DNA from: Nitrospirota bacterium
GTDB lineage: Bacteria > Nitrospirota > Nitrospiria > 2-01-FULL-66-17
Direction of reading: 5' to 3'
NCBI GenBank assembly: GCA_049325335.1
Contig: JBMOMC010000002.1
Coordinates: 46,612 to 110,611 of the forward strand
Length of the DNA: 64,000 nt
How positions within the stretch are numbered: position 1 is the first letter of the stretch; every line of letters starts with the position of its first letter. The notes under the pieces were generated by a model, which was given only the letters and a program-made list of their open reading frames with translations, had not been told where the DNA came from and did not search any database. Made by a program: the position numbers and the translations under genes. Positions 27,057 through 35,263 of this stretch are shown here, in pieces.

Positions 27057-28145
27057 TTACGCGTCGTGGTGCGACGGGCTGTGTTTCGGCAGGACGGAGG
27101 GATCGAACAGCACGGTGTGTGTGGCGTTGATTTTGATGTCTACGCGGCTCCCGAGCTCGTAGACCACGTCCGAGGGTTGCGTGGAGTGGAGCGGGCGTCC
27201 GGACGCCAGGTGCACGGTGTAGAGGTTCTCCGAGCCGCGGAATTGGCGGTTGACCACGACCGCGGGCGCGTGGTCCGACGGCACGAGCAGCACGTCGTCG
27301 GGTCGGATCATCACGGACACGGCCATGCCGGTCGGGAATCCCGAGGTGTTGGGGAACGGGCCGAGTTCGGTGCGGACCTGCAGGCCGTCCACCGCGCCCG
27401 GTACGAAGTCGGCTTGGCCCACGAACTCGGCCACGAACGGCGTGGTCGGGAGGTGGTAGACGATTTCGGGGGTGCCGAGTTGTTCGAGACGGCCGCGGTT
27501 CAAGACCGCGACGCGGTCGGCCATGGCAAAGGCTTCTTCGTGATCGTGCGTGACCAACACCGTGGTGGCGCCCGATTGCCGCAAGATCGCGTCGACTTCC
27601 TGCCGCATCCGCGAGCGCATATCCGGGTCGAGGTTGGAGAAGGGCTCATCGAGCAGGACCACGATCGGCTTGGGGGCCAAGGCCCGGGCCAGGGCCACGC
27701 GTTGCTGTTGGCCGCCGGAGAGTTGGTGCGGGTGCCGCGCTTGCAGCCCCGCGAGCCCCACGAGTTCCAAGACCTCCGACACGCGGCGTGTGCGCTCGGC
27801 CCGTCCCAACTGATGGAGACCGAACGAGACGTTGCGCGACACGGTTAAGTGGGGAAACAGGGCGTAGTCCTGGAACACCATGCCCACGCCGCGGCGTTCC
27901 GGCGGAACCCAGGCGCCGTTGCCCGCCACGCAATGGCCTCCGACATGGACCGTGCCGGTCGTGGGGTCCTCGAATCCGGCGATGAGACGCAGCAGCGTGG
28001 TTTTTCCGCACCCGCTGGGCCCTAGGACGGCGAGGGTGTGGCCGCGCGCCACGGTGAGCGAGAGCGCGTCGATCGCGGGCGCGTGGTCGGGTTGATACCG
28101 CTTGGTCACGCCCGCCAGTTCAATGACGGGGCCGGGCGCGTTCAT
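27057..28145 (-). CDS. ABC transporter ATP-binding protein with C-terminal TOBE-like domain (FbpC/ModC-like)
   Basis: Walker A GPSGCGKTT, signature LSGGQQQRVALARAL, Walker B VVLLDEPFSNLD; ATG 28145 preferred over 28208. Confidence 0.8.
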   Translation of the reverse strand: MNAPGPVIELAGVTKRYQPDHAPAIDALSLTVARGHTLAVLGPSGCGKTTLLRLIAGFEDPTTGTVHVGGHCVAGNGAWVPPERRGVGMVFQDYALFPHLTVSRNVSFGLHQLGRAERTRRVSEVLELVGLAGLQARHPHQLSGGQQQRVALARALAPKPIVVLLDEPFSNLDPDMRSRMRQEVDAILRQSGATTVLVTHDHEEAFAMADRVAVLNRGRLEQLGTPEIVYHLPTTPFVAEFVGQADFVPGAVDGLQVRTELGPFPNTSGFPTGMAVSVMIRPDDVLLVPSDHAPAVVVNRQFRGSENLYTVHLASGRPLHSTQPSDVVYELGSRVDIKINATHTVLFDPSVLPKHSPSHHDA

Positions 28146-28293
28146 CGCGGTCCCGTCCGGCGCTGCTCCGCGAGCGGGATGCGGCGGATTATGAGGCAGG
28201 CTCGGCATCGGCTTTGATTATACGTCGGAAACCGCATGAAACGAAGGGTATCCACGCGTCCTGTCCAGACCGGCTCACGTCGGGCGCGGTCGA

Positions 28294-29340
28294 TCAGCGG
28301 TTGGCGAGCAGATACACGTCCATGAAGAGATACACGAACCACCCCGCCAGCAGCAAAAACCAGCCCGCAATCAAAATAAAATCCAGTGTAGTGTGGAACG
28401 ACACCGAGAAATTTTCCGCGACCATGGTGGAGACGTCTTCGATCGTGTCCAGTTTATGTTGGACGGACGTTTGCCACGCCTCGATGTGGAATTTTTTGGC
28501 CAGGAGCGCGTACACGCGGGCCGCGTACCAGTCGCCGATGAGTTTGATGCGGTGCTCCGTGGCCTGCGACTCCAGGAGGGTCTCCGCACGGATTCGCATG
28601 ATCTCTCGGAGCAAGGCGCGGACTTCGCGACGGCGAAACATCGATTGTTTGGGCGTGGTGCGGAGCATCCGCGCGATATGGGCAATCCGCGCGTCGAGCG
28701 CCTGATCGGACATCCGCATGCGCAGCAGTTGGAAATTGGCGATTTCGATCAACTCGATGTTGGCGTCGAAATCCGCGTGCGGGTCAAAGAGCACCGCGCC
28801 GTCCCAGTCCACGATCGTCAGATCGTCCTTGCCGTATTTGATGTTGGCTCGGAGGGTGGCGTGAACCTCTTCTTCGTCGAGCGGGAGGCGCTCGTCCTTG
28901 ATCAGTCCCACCAGCCGTTCTCCGTGCAGGGTCAGGAACACCTCGGGGTCGCCCTGATAATCGGCGATGCAATACACCCGGTACTCTTCCTGAAATTGCG
29001 GATCGCCGTCCAGACGACGAAGGATCGCGCGGCACGCCTCAATGAGCTCGGTGTGGATGTCGAACAACGGGGCGGTGAGCAGGTCGTCGACCTCGACCGT
29101 GATCTCCGCGATCGCGAATCCGGGATCATAGGTCTTGACGATTTCCACTGCCGGGCGGCCGCTCAGCGTGACGGCGGTGCGTTCGATGATTTGCTGGCGC
29201 GGCGTCAGATCCGGGTAATAGTTGGGCGCGGCTTTGGAGGACTTAGAGGCGACCGTCCCGGTCGGCGCCACCCGCGCGGCAACCGGGCTGATCACGAAAC
29301 CGATCAGTCGGGCGGGGATCGCCAAGCGTTCCCGTTCCAT
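28294..29340 (-). CDS. membrane-anchored protein, possibly DUF155/RMD1-like
   Basis: Soluble domain plus C-terminal TM helix; family assignment from overall pattern only; start set at first ATG not overlapping the divergent ispB gene. Confidence 0.35.
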   Translation of the reverse strand: MERERLAIPARLIGFVISPVAARVAPTGTVASKSSKAAPNYYPDLTPRQQIIERTAVTLSGRPAVEIVKTYDPGFAIAEITVEVDDLLTAPLFDIHTELIEACRAILRRLDGDPQFQEEYRVYCIADYQGDPEVFLTLHGERLVGLIKDERLPLDEEEVHATLRANIKYGKDDLTIVDWDGAVLFDPHADFDANIELIEIANFQLLRMRMSDQALDARIAHIARMLRTTPKQSMFRRREVRALLREIMRIRAETLLESQATEHRIKLIGDWYAARVYALLAKKFHIEAWQTSVQHKLDTIEDVSTMVAENFSVSFHTTLDFILIAGWFLLLAGWFVYLFMDVYLLANR

Positions 29341-29512
29341 TCCGAGATCATACGGACGGCTCGGGGGGAGAGTCAATTTGCGCCGCGCCGCGCATGCGCG
29401 GGGGTGGTATCCGGAAGGTTGACACGCCGGATTCTCTTCTTGACTTCGGTCGTGAGCCTCCCCTACACTGGCGCCCATGCAAACCGGAAGGCCGGGAGTC
29501 GAGTTATCGACC

Positions 29513-30487
29513 ATGCAGGACGTCTGGGACTTCTATCGGACCGACCTGCGGGAGGTGGATCTCTCGATCGAAAAATACGTGGACTCCGGCGTTCCGCTCA
29601 TCAACCAAGTCGCACTCTATATCTTGACCAGCGGAGGCAAACGCATTCGCCCGCTGTTGCTGATGATTTCCGCCCGGGTCTCCGGGTTCGAGGGACCCTC
29701 GGACCAAACGGTCACACTGGCCAGCGCGGTCGAATACATCCACGCGGCCACCCTGTTGCACGACGACGTGTTGGACGACGCGACCCTGCGCCGCGGTAAA
29801 GACCCCGCGCACGCGGTGTGGGGGAATCGCGCGACGATTCTGGTCGGCGATTATCTCTATACCAAGGCCGTATGCCTGGCCGTGCAGATCGGCCTGTTGG
29901 AGGTGGATTCGATCCTGGCCAACGCGTGCCGGGTCATGGCCGAGGGCGAGGCGTTGCAATTACTGCACTGCGGGGACCTGTCGTTGACCGATGCGGCCTA
30001 TCTAAAGATCGTCGAGTGTAAAACCGCGGCGTTGCTGTCGGCCGCGTGCCGATTGGGCGGGGTCATCAGCGGCGCGCCGTGGCGGACCAAAGACGCGCTC
30101 GGCCAGTTCGGCATGCACCTGGGTATCGCGTATCAAGTGGCCGACGATACGCTCGATTACGTGGCGGATCAGGGGCGCTTGGGCAAGGCGCTCGGCAAGG
30201 ATCTCTCCGAAGGCAAAATCACCCTTCCGTTGCTGCACCTGTTGCGGTCGGTCAACGGCACCGAGCGCCGCCTGGTTGAAACCGTGGTGCGCGACGGGCA
30301 AGCCTCGGCCGAGCAGCTTCGGGACATCCTCGATCTGATGCAGACCTACGGTTCCACCACGTACGCCATGGACGTGGCGCGCCGGCACATCACCCTCGCC
30401 CAGCAACAGTTGGAAGCCTTCGACAATGGTCCGCATCGACAAGCCTTGATGGCGGTCGCGGATTACGTGGTCGCGCGGGATCACTGA
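29513..30487 (+). CDS. ispB: polyprenyl diphosphate synthase (octa/hepta/solanesyl type)
   Basis: Two Asp-rich motifs (LLHDDVLDD, VADDTLDY). Confidence 0.85.
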   Translation: MQDVWDFYRTDLREVDLSIEKYVDSGVPLINQVALYILTSGGKRIRPLLLMISARVSGFEGPSDQTVTLASAVEYIHAATLLHDDVLDDATLRRGKDPAHAVWGNRATILVGDYLYTKAVCLAVQIGLLEVDSILANACRVMAEGEALQLLHCGDLSLTDAAYLKIVECKTAALLSAACRLGGVISGAPWRTKDALGQFGMHLGIAYQVADDTLDYVADQGRLGKALGKDLSEGKITLPLLHLLRSVNGTERRLVETVVRDGQASAEQLRDILDLMQTYGSTTYAMDVARRHITLAQQQLEAFDNGPHRQALMAVADYVVARDH

Positions 30488-30569
30488 TCGGTTGCCCGTT
30501 GTTGTCGGTGGTCCCTTCCTACCAGCCCTCCTATCTGAACGCGAACCAGTGCCTCGACGAGGCCTGCTC

Positions 30570-30800
30570 ATGATCGGTCCAATCGTGCTGGGCCTCGTGC
30601 TGGCGCTTTCGCCAGCCGCATGTACGTCTTCCGAACGCGCCGCGCAAGAAGCTTACGAGCTCGCGCAGTTCGAAGAGAAACAGGGAAACGCGGCCCACGC
30701 CCGGCAACTCTATCAACAGATCGTCACGAAGCACCCCGACACGCCCTGGGCCGAAAAAGCCCAAGCGCGGCTAGGCGAGCTTCCTCCGGCCCAGCCCTAG
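30570..30800 (+). CDS. small lipoprotein with TPR-like helical hairpin
   Basis: Signal peptide MIGPIVLGLVLALSPAAC; ORF-track N-terminus lacks signal features. Confidence 0.4.
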   Translation: MIGPIVLGLVLALSPAACTSSERAAQEAYELAQFEEKQGNAAHARQLYQQIVTKHPDTPWAEKAQARLGELPPAQP

Positions 30801-30846
30801 TTCCTGCTAGAAACACGCTCCTGCGGCGAGTAGGGTGACTGGGAAT

Positions 30847-31416
30847 CTAATACGCGTCCGCGTCACATCGCACTAATCTCACGTCGACTTCCCGCTCCAC
30901 ATATGTCCATTCCACCGTGCTACGGAGCGCTGCGACCAGCTTGTCGAACGCCGCACCGTCCTCGGCCGCATACTCGAACCAGGTCAGAAAATCGAACGGC
31001 TCGTTGTCGCCCAGATCCCGGCAATGGTGCAGCTTGCGCGCAATCGCGGGCAGGAAACCCATGCCGATCCGGATGTGCTGGGACTGCGCTTCAAAGATCG
31101 CTCGTCGTTCGTCCTGCGGTAGGTTCCACCACGCGGCGGATTTTTTGATCGGGATCAGCGCGGCGTGCGTGGCCTCGAATCGGCCCAGCGGAGGCTGATT
31201 CGAGGCCAAGAGGCGTTTCTCCACCCGCTCCACGTAACGCTCGTTGCTGGTGATCCCGCGAAGCGCCCACGAACCGCTCCGCAACGGTTGCTGCGACAGG
31301 CTGTCGACCACGGTGACGTACCCCACCGGGTCCAAGCCATGCCCCTTCACCGCGTCCATTGTAAGGACGCGCCATTGACCCGTCGTACCTCCGATAAATG
31401 TTGACCGTCGAGACAT
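30847..31416 (-). CDS. chlorite dismutase family protein, short form
   Basis: 190 aa from ATG 31416; AAWWNLPQDERRAIFE and KLHHCRDLGDNEPFDFLTWFEY pattern typical of short-clade Cld-like haem proteins. Confidence 0.55.
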   Translation of the reverse strand: MSRRSTFIGGTTGQWRVLTMDAVKGHGLDPVGYVTVVDSLSQQPLRSGSWALRGITSNERYVERVEKRLLASNQPPLGRFEATHAALIPIKKSAAWWNLPQDERRAIFEAQSQHIRIGMGFLPAIARKLHHCRDLGDNEPFDFLTWFEYAAEDGAAFDKLVAALRSTVEWTYVEREVDVRLVRCDADAY

Positions 31417-31589
31417 CGCCACTCCGTCGAAATGTTCGATCGAAATACCCAATTTGCAACTTCCGGACCGAGTCGGGATGACTCGGGATTGGCCGAGCGG
31501 TGAAATGTTACCGAGGGAATGACGCGTTGAAGCTTGAACCAACCATCAAGGGTAGACAACTTTGTCGCCCGTCCGTCATTTCTGTCGGT

Positions 31590-31609
31590 CTCACGGCGAT
31601 CGCCGTGAG
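31590..31609. terminator. perfect 20-bp palindrome downstream of tonB
   Basis: CTCACGGCGATCGCCGTGAG; could be terminator hairpin or operator. Confidence 0.45.
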
Positions 31610-31623
31610 AAGGGTGAGGCCGT

Positions 31624-32586
31624 TTACACCGGGAAGAACACGAACGGGTAGGTGACGATGATGACGCCGTCATACAGGTGGGGGAACTTCCACATCTTGA
31701 TCCGGCTGGCGAGGGCTTGTTCCAGCGGGGCGTGATCCATGGTGGTGGAAATGATGCGCGTTTCAATGACCTTGCCGGTGGCGTCGATGGAAAACTCCAC
31801 GGAAATGGTGCCCTTGAGCGTGGGGTTGGCACGGAGTTCTTTGTTGTAGAGGTAGATCAGGCCGTTCTTGTACTGCTCCACCACGCGCGCGATGGCGTCG
31901 TAATCAATCGACGCGCCTGTCCCCGACCCACCGCCTCTCAGCCGGACGCCCACGCCGTCGCCGAGACGGTGCCCGCCGCTGCCCGCTCCGCCGGCGCCGG
32001 TCTCGGTTGGAATCCGGGCCAAGGCGACTTGTTCGCCGTGGGCGAGTCTGGTGCGGTCGCCGCTGCCCAGGGATTTGGATTTGGCCACGGTCTTGTCCAC
32101 CAATGCGGTATCGTGCGACAGGGGTTTAGTAGCAATGGCGCGGGTGCTCTTGGCGGTCGGGGCCGTGATCAGATCCGACGATGACAAGGCCTGGGTCAGG
32201 CGATCGCTCTCGATGATGTCGCTGAGTCCGCCTTTTTCTTCTTCTTCGATCAACGAGGCGAGCAGGCCGCTCTGCCGCACGATCTCCCGTGTTTGCTGGG
32301 CCGAGGGTTTTGGCGGGGCCGCCGGCTTCTTGTCGGCTTTGGGTTTGTCGGCGTCCTTCTTTTCCGGGGCGACGTCCGCCACGTTAGGTTTCTCCGGTGT
32401 GGCTACGATGGGCGGAGGTTCCAAGATCAGCTTCGCCACACGTTCGGGCAGATCCTGAATGTCGGGGTGCTCGGGAACAGGCATGCGGATGATGGTCACG
32501 AGCGCCGCGGCCAACAAATAGAAGCCCAGCGAGACACGCAGGGTCTTCTTAAACAGCTCATCGTCTGAATGCGGTACGATGATCAT
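31624..32586 (-). CDS. TonB-family energy transducer
   Basis: N-terminal TM anchor, Pro/Lys/Ala-rich linker, TonB-type C-terminal domain. Confidence 0.75.
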   Translation of the reverse strand: MIIVPHSDDELFKKTLRVSLGFYLLAAALVTIIRMPVPEHPDIQDLPERVAKLILEPPPIVATPEKPNVADVAPEKKDADKPKADKKPAAPPKPSAQQTREIVRQSGLLASLIEEEEKGGLSDIIESDRLTQALSSSDLITAPTAKSTRAIATKPLSHDTALVDKTVAKSKSLGSGDRTRLAHGEQVALARIPTETGAGGAGSGGHRLGDGVGVRLRGGGSGTGASIDYDAIARVVEQYKNGLIYLYNKELRANPTLKGTISVEFSIDATGKVIETRIISTTMDHAPLEQALASRIKMWKFPHLYDGVIIVTYPFVFFPV

Positions 32587-32598
32587 CTACGGTCTCCG

Positions 32599-33096
32599 TT
32601 AACCGATCTGCTCTTTTTGCACCACCGCGAGCGCGATGTGCGGAAACTCCGCCTGCGCGCAGGTGGCCATGAGTTTTTTGAGCAACTGAAACGGAATCTT
32701 GCGATCCCCCATAATCGTGATGTTCCCGGTGAACGTGACCGACGCGGTCTTTTGCGCCATGGCGCGGGTGCGGTCTCCCAACCGAGTCAGCTCCTGCGTG
32801 AGCGGTCCCAGGATAGTGTCCGGTTGCGCGATGGCTTCCGCCACGCCCATGACGCGTTTCCCGTCCACGAAGATCTCCCTGTCCGTCACCAACAAGGTGA
32901 CGGTCGGACGCGGGGCCTTTTCCGCGGTGGAGGCTGGCAGCTTGAGGCCTTCGGAGTCTGGTAACGCTTCTTCACCCGCAAGATGAACCAGGAGAAACAA
33001 TAGCAGGATGGTGAAAATGTCCATCAAGCTGATGAGGCTCAACGACACGACGGCGTCGCGGCCTCGTCGATTATGGAGCCGGTCGCGAAACTTCAT
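32599..33096 (-). CDS. ExbD/TolR-family protein
   Basis: Single TM helix and ExbD-like periplasmic domain. Confidence 0.8.
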   Translation of the reverse strand: MKFRDRLHNRRGRDAVVSLSLISLMDIFTILLLFLLVHLAGEEALPDSEGLKLPASTAEKAPRPTVTLLVTDREIFVDGKRVMGVAEAIAQPDTILGPLTQELTRLGDRTRAMAQKTASVTFTGNITIMGDRKIPFQLLKKLMATCAQAEFPHIALAVVQKEQIG

Positions 33097-33581
33097 ACGC
33101 GTTTAACCTCGCCGATTGAAATGTCCGGAAACAACTCCTGGGACGGGCCGGCCTTCCGGCACACGTCCATGACTTCGACCAAGGACTCGTACGCCACGTC
33201 GGGCTCGCTCAATAGGATGACCGACTTTTCCTGCGGGTAGGAGGTTTTTACCCGTTGCAACAGCGCAGTCAGCCCAGCGAGGTCGTACGCGCCGTTTTGC
33301 AGCGCGAGCCGATTCGGAGCCAACCCGCTGCCTTGTACGCTGATTCCGTCCCGGTGCAAGGCCACGATCAAGCTGAACGGTTCTTGCGCGGGCGGCGCGG
33401 CGGCGTGCGCGCTCGATGCCGTGGGCAGGTTGAGCTCCAACACCGCGAGCCGGGAAAACACCACGCCCGTCAGCAAGAACGGGATCAACACCACCATGAG
33501 ATTCATGAATGGCGTGATGTTCAGCGAGTTGTCGCCTTGCCCGAACCGGCGAGCCCGACGTAGCCGCACGCTATTTCGCAT
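33093..33581 (-). CDS. ExbD/TolR-family protein, second copy
   Basis: NITPFMNLMVVLIPFLL TM helix; 4-nt overlap with downstream exbD. Confidence 0.8.
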   Translation of the reverse strand: MRNSVRLRRARRFGQGDNSLNITPFMNLMVVLIPFLLTGVVFSRLAVLELNLPTASSAHAAAPPAQEPFSLIVALHRDGISVQGSGLAPNRLALQNGAYDLAGLTALLQRVKTSYPQEKSVILLSEPDVAYESLVEVMDVCRKAGPSQELFPDISIGEVKRV

Positions 33582-34293
33582 GCACGGTCCCTTTCATCCC
33601 CACCGCTCGGCGCGGCTGGAGCATTTCCGAGCCGTTGGAGTACGCGTCCGCCGCGTCACTCTTCGCCATCTGGCCGGCCAGATTCACCAGCCTCAGCGCG
33701 TACCCTTCCACGGTGTCGATAACCCGGTTGGTGCGGCTCTGGAGAAATCCGTGCACCAACATGAGCGGCACCGCCACGATCAATCCGAACGCGGTGGTGT
33801 TCATGGCTACTGAAATCCCCTTAGCCAACAACGTGGCCTTCTGGGCGGGGTCGGCCATCGACACCGCGGTAAAGGCCTGGATCAACCCTACGATGGTGCC
33901 GAGGAGTCCGAGCAGGGTGGCGACGTTGGCCAGATTCGGCAGGTAGTTGAGCCGTGCCTCCAGCCGCGGAATGACCTGCATCATGGCCTCGTCCACGCCG
34001 CCTTGGGCGTCTTCCCGGGTGAACGAGCCTTTCATGCCGCGAATTCCCCCCGCGAGGACCTGGTGGAGCGGGCGGTTGGACTGCGTGCAGTGACGCGCTG
34101 CTTCGTCCATGCGCCGGCCGTGGATGCTCGGCGCAATTTGCCCCCACAGCCGTTCGCCGTTGGTCCCGGCCCGCGCGATCACCACGATGCGTTCCACCAC
34201 GATCGCGGTTGACACAGCCAGCACCAGGAGGATCGGATACATGAAGAATCCTCCGGCCTGGAAAAAGTTGATATATGTTGCCACGCTGGTCAT
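33571..34293 (-). CDS. MotA/TolQ/ExbB proton-channel protein
   Basis: Three TM helices and the conserved C-terminal channel pattern. Confidence 0.85.
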   Translation of the reverse strand: MTSVATYINFFQAGGFFMYPILLVLAVSTAIVVERIVVIARAGTNGERLWGQIAPSIHGRRMDEAARHCTQSNRPLHQVLAGGIRGMKGSFTREDAQGGVDEAMMQVIPRLEARLNYLPNLANVATLLGLLGTIVGLIQAFTAVSMADPAQKATLLAKGISVAMNTTAFGLIVAVPLMLVHGFLQSRTNRVIDTVEGYALRLVNLAGQMAKSDAADAYSNGSEMLQPRRAVGMKGTVHAK

Positions 34294-34625
34294 TGGTTCC
34301 CTCCTCCTGTTCCGGATATCGGTGTGCGCAAAAGCTGGCGTTGAAAACGCGCTCGATCTACGGGTTCGAGTAGTTCTTGTTCAAAACTCCGGCGAAGCGG
34401 CATGTCGTTGTCCACCGCCGACAGCGTATTCTTCCACGGGACCACGTACACCACGTGCGGTTGCTCCAAGGTGCCCTGGATCTCGGTGCCTTCCATCAGA
34501 AAGCGTTCGACGTTCGCGTCCGTCCCGACGGACTCGGCTCCGGCGGGCGCGGTGTCCGCCGCTGAGGCCAGTCCGACAGCGAGCAGCACGGTTGCGGGTA
34601 TGAGCGACCCGATCAACCGCCTCAT
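34290..34625 (-). CDS. hypothetical periplasmic protein
   Basis: Signal peptide; 4-nt overlaps with both neighbours. Confidence 0.4.
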   Translation of the reverse strand: MRRLIGSLIPATVLLAVGLASAADTAPAGAESVGTDANVERFLMEGTEIQGTLEQPHVVYVVPWKNTLSAVDNDMPLRRSFEQELLEPVDRARFQRQLLRTPISGTGGGNQ

Positions 34626-35263
34626 GGCGTCTCCTTGACGCGGTCCACCCGCTTCTGGAGCGCGGCGATCCAGATCGCCACCTCCTCTTGCCCCTCTCCG
34701 CCCGCAGCCAGATAGGTCTGATAGTGCTCGATCGCCTTGTCGGGTTCATTGAGATACAGATCGTAGAGCACTGCCAGGTTGTAGTCGGCGTCTCGGAAAT
34801 CCGGCGCGGCATTGAGCGCGCGGCGGTATGCGTCTTCGGCCTGGCGAAACTTGCCTTGCTCGCGCAATGCGAGCCCCATGTTGTAGTAGGCTTCGGGGTA
34901 TTGGGGTTGGATCTTGATCGCCTGTTGGTACGCGGCTACGGCTTCCGGCAGCAGTCCCATGCGCTTGTAGACCACGCCGAGATTGTTGTGGAACACGCTC
35001 ACGTGCGGGTAGCTGGTCCGCAAGTTTTCGAACGCGGCCCTGGCTTCCTTGAGCTTTCCGTTCTCAATCAGGCTCGTACCTTTTTGGAAGCGTAGGAGAA
35101 CCTGGTCAAGTTTTTGTGCCTCAGCGGCACGCGATTCGTCGCTTCGCGCGGTGGTCTGAGTCGGGATCGGCGCGGGCGGCGGCAACATCGCGCGGGTGCA
35201 AGCCGTCAGCGCCGCGACAAGGACGAGCAACAGACGCATGAATTTCTGGGGACGGGTACTCAT
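34622..35263 (-). CDS. TPR-repeat lipoprotein
   Basis: Signal peptide with LTAC lipobox; at least three TPR units. Confidence 0.75.
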   Translation of the reverse strand: MSTRPQKFMRLLLVLVAALTACTRAMLPPPAPIPTQTTARSDESRAAEAQKLDQVLLRFQKGTSLIENGKLKEARAAFENLRTSYPHVSVFHNNLGVVYKRMGLLPEAVAAYQQAIKIQPQYPEAYYNMGLALREQGKFRQAEDAYRRALNAAPDFRDADYNLAVLYDLYLNEPDKAIEHYQTYLAAGGEGQEEVAIWIAALQKRVDRVKETP

